A program made the position numbers and the translations under genes. The notes beneath the pieces are model-generated. The model saw nothing but the letters and a program-made list of their open reading frames with translations, was not told the origin of the DNA and made no database searches. This document shows positions 60,826-64,000 of a stretch of DNA of 64,000 nucleotides, piece by piece; the stretch's first letter is position 1; each line of letters opens with the position of its first letter. The DNA is from Octopus vulgaris (lineage: Eukaryota): contig OX597818.1 of the NCBI GenBank assembly GCA_951406725.2, positions 71,672,001-71,736,000 on the forward strand, given 5' to 3'.

Positions 60826-63800
60826 TATGGCAGGTCACTTTCGAGTGCTACAGGTAACATGTAACCCAGAACAACCTGTTGCATGGTCGGGTCGTCGGCG
60901 ACTAAACCGGTAACCCCACCAAGCTTGCTTGGTCTGGAGGATGTTTATTGGACACCCTGCGGGATGAAAAACAAAACCCGTCAAAGGGCGGAGGAACTCT
61001 TGAGAGTCAACGGCCATCCAATAAATGTGTTTTTATTTATTTATTTATTTTTTTTCTTCTTAAGGCTTAAGGCTGTATCATGCGCGGGGACATAGAAATA
61101 ATTGGACTGAATACCCGATCGCGCGGTTAAACCATTGGGAGTGAAGGACTCCTATCCTTTGTTAGGGCATCCTTCTAGGAGAAGGTAACTCAGGTAACTG
61201 GGATAACTCCGACATAAATCTGCGGCTCAGTGGTTACCGATGATGTTGACTTGTTCTTCTTTTCGGATTATGGCTGCTGTTGCTTAGTGAGTGGGATTGA
61301 CTCAGTGCACAGCCTTTCCTCACTTTAAAAAAATCTTTTTGCACAGGTATTGCACGATAACTACATTGGATTGATTAAAGTGATTAACTAATTCATGACT
61401 GTTGATTGTGCTGTGAGTCTCAACTGAATGGCTGACTGTAGCCTTAAAAATCAAAAATCAATGATGTACCAAAACAGTATAAAAATAAATGGCAGTAAGG
61501 AATCTGGAACGACATCGGCTGAAAGAGTCTGGCCCGGCAGGGGCTCCAGAGCATCACAATCTGAACCCGGCCGTCATCATGCTACTGTGATAGAACCAAA
61601 GAAAATAATGAATATTGGCTGTTGGAATGTACGGACACTGCTTGACCACAAGTCCCCTGAACGTCCCGAAAGAAGGACTGCGCTTGTTGCGAAGGAGCTT
61701 CAACGCTATGATCTTGACATCGTTGCTTTATCTGAGACGAGATTACCTGGAGATGGTCATCTTACAGAATCTTGTGGAAAATATGCATTCTTTTGGAAAG
61801 GGAGAGATGAAGAGCTTAGAGGAGAAGCTGGAGTGGCATTTGCTGTTAAAACTACTCTTGTGGACAAGTTGGAAGAATTCCCAATCAGAATTAACGAGCG
61901 TCTTATGTCCATGAGAATTCCTTTGGCTAAAAGAAATGATATGACCTTGGTGAGTGTGTATGCTCCAACTATGTGCTATACTGATGACGAAAAACTTTCT
62001 TTCTACCACGCTATGAAGGGCATTATAAGAAATATCCCTCGGGCAGACAAAATCATTGTACTGGGTGACTTTAATGCTAGAGTGGGTAAGGATTTTAACA
62101 CATGGACTGTAATTGGAAAGCATGGGGTGGGGAAGTGTAATAGTAATGGCATGCTTTTGCTGTAGATGTGTGAGGAGCTGAGTCTGTGTCTTACCAATAC
62201 CATGTTTCAATAAAAGAATATGCTTAAGACTAAATGGATGCACCCTGCATCTAAAGAATAGCATATTCTGGATGATATCCTAGTTAGGGTCCGTGACAGA
62301 CAGGATGTGCAGTGTGTTCGTGTTCTTCGTGGAGCTGAGTGTTGGCCTGACCACCGCCTAGTACGTGCAAAAGTGAAATTAGTCACAAAACATAAAATCC
62401 GAGCTGCAGGGATGACCCTGCCTAAAAGACTGAATGTTGATCGTCTTAGGTATAATAGTGTGAAGAGAACTTTACAAGAGGAAATGAATGCTGCAGATAT
62501 TGGGGAGGATTGACCGACCCTTAAAAAGTCAGTTTATGATATAGGCAAAACAGTTCTGGGATTGATACAAAGAAAGCATCAAGATTGGTTCAAAGAAAAT
62601 GATGAACATATAGATGATTTATTGGCTGATAAAAGACGTACTTTGTCACGCTATTTGTCAGCAAAGTCACAGGAAAGGGAAGTGTTGCATAGGGAACTCA
62701 AGGACGTAAAATCACGTGTGAGGCAAAAACTCTCTCAGATGAGGGATACGTGGTGGAGTAAGAAGGCTGACGAGATACAGGCGGCATCAGATTCCAATAA
62801 TACAAAGCTGTTGTATGATCTCTTGCGAGAAATTTATGGACCGACATCTTCCCCGATGACACCAATTCGAAGTAGGGATGGTAAAGAACTTCTTCGTGAT
62901 TCACAAGGAATTCTGCAAAGGTGGCAAGAACACTTTGATGAACTTTTGAATCAGTATTCTGTAGTTAGTGAGGATGTTCTCAATCTCATCCCTGGATTGC
63001 CTGTGAAGGCAGCACTCGCAGAACCACCAAAGTTGGAAGAAGTTGCAATGGCTGTCTCAAGGTTGAATAATAGGAAGTCTCCGGGTATGGATGACATACA
63101 TGCAGAGTTGTTACAGCATGGTGGTGAGAAAATTCTGCAGAAACTTCACTCTTTGATTGGTAAGGTATGGACTAGTGAATCTGTACCTGAGGACTGGAGA
63201 GATGCAGTAATGGTGGTCCTGTATAAGGGAAAGGACAACAGGAATGATTGTGGTAATTATAGGGGAATATCATTGCTGTCTGCTGTAGGAAAAGTTTTAT
63301 GCAGGATACTTCTGGATCGTCTGCTGAAATACATTGTAGATTGTGTTCTTCCAGAAAGTCAATCTGGCTTTTGTGTGTGACGCGGCACTGCTGATATGAT
63401 CTTTTCAGCTAGACAGCTTCAGGAAAAGTGTGTGGAACAGGGTCTGGATTTGTATCAGATGTTTGTCGATCTGACAAAAGCCTTTGATACCGTCAATAGA
63501 AAAGCATTGTGGAAAGTCCTCCAGAAACTTGGGTGTCCTGAAAAGTTCCTTGCTTTGGTTAGGTCTTTCCATGAAGACATGAATGGTAGGGTGAATGTTA
63601 GAGGGAAGATGTCGGAGCCTATTTCAATACAAAATGGAGTGAAACAGGGGGATATTCTGGCACTGACCCTATTTTCCATATATTTCGCGATGGTGTTCTG
63701 TATTGCATTCAGAAACTGCAGATACGGTGTTTACGTCCATTATCGAACCTCTGGCAGCATATTTAATATCAGGCGCCTTGCTGCAAAAACAAAGATATTT

Positions 63801-64000
63801 ACCTCTATCATAAGAGACCTTTTGTATGCTGATGATTGTGAGCTAGTAGCACACACAGAGATTGACATGCAACACATTTTGAATGCATTCTCTGATGCTT
63901 GCACTGCCTTAGGATGGACAGTCAATCTCAAGAAAACTGTTGTCATGCATCAACCTGCCCCTGGTAAGCAATATAGTGTACCAAATATCTATGTGAATGG
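60826..64000 (+). mobile_element. RTE-clade LINE, 5'-intact but with nonsense mutations; runs off the window end
   Basis: IGCWNVRTL, PERRTALVA.EL.RY..DI.ALSETRL, SVYAPT, LGDFNARVG, DHRLV (APE); KSPG.D.I.AE, NYRGISLLS..GK, LPESQ.GF, FVDLTKAFDTV, GVKQG, YADD (63825). Stops at 62163, 62210, 62259, 62511 and 63378. Confidence 0.93.

Overview
AT-rich, microsatellite- and transposon-dense animal genomic DNA. The SINE/LINE repertoire resembles what I know of octopus genomes (inference, not verified). The only host gene I can support is the first coding exon of a salt-inducible kinase (SIK2-like; minus strand, 13562-13696). Positions 1-13561 are its first intron, and the roughly 50 kb to the right is upstream/intergenic sequence. 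That region holds a Penelope-like element (RT C-terminus, GIY-YIG, hammerhead ribozyme), CR1, two Tx1/L1-clade LINEs, a (TAA)n-centred nest of Dong/R4-type retrotransposons, an RTE LINE, maT and Tigger DNA transposons, a MITE palindrome and many SINEs; mariner and RTE relics lie in the intron. The most striking observation is at 59610-59690 (-) and 60452-60524 (+): two outward-facing motifs contain the hammerhead core strands in a non-canonical, rewired order. Their four-helix pseudoknotted topology is identical although the helix sequences differ almost completely, so they are a candidate new hammerhead architecture (predicted by eye, untested). Other notable points are additional canonical PLE hammerheads, CRE sites and uORFs around SIK, and a CpG-decay boundary inside the SIK intron.
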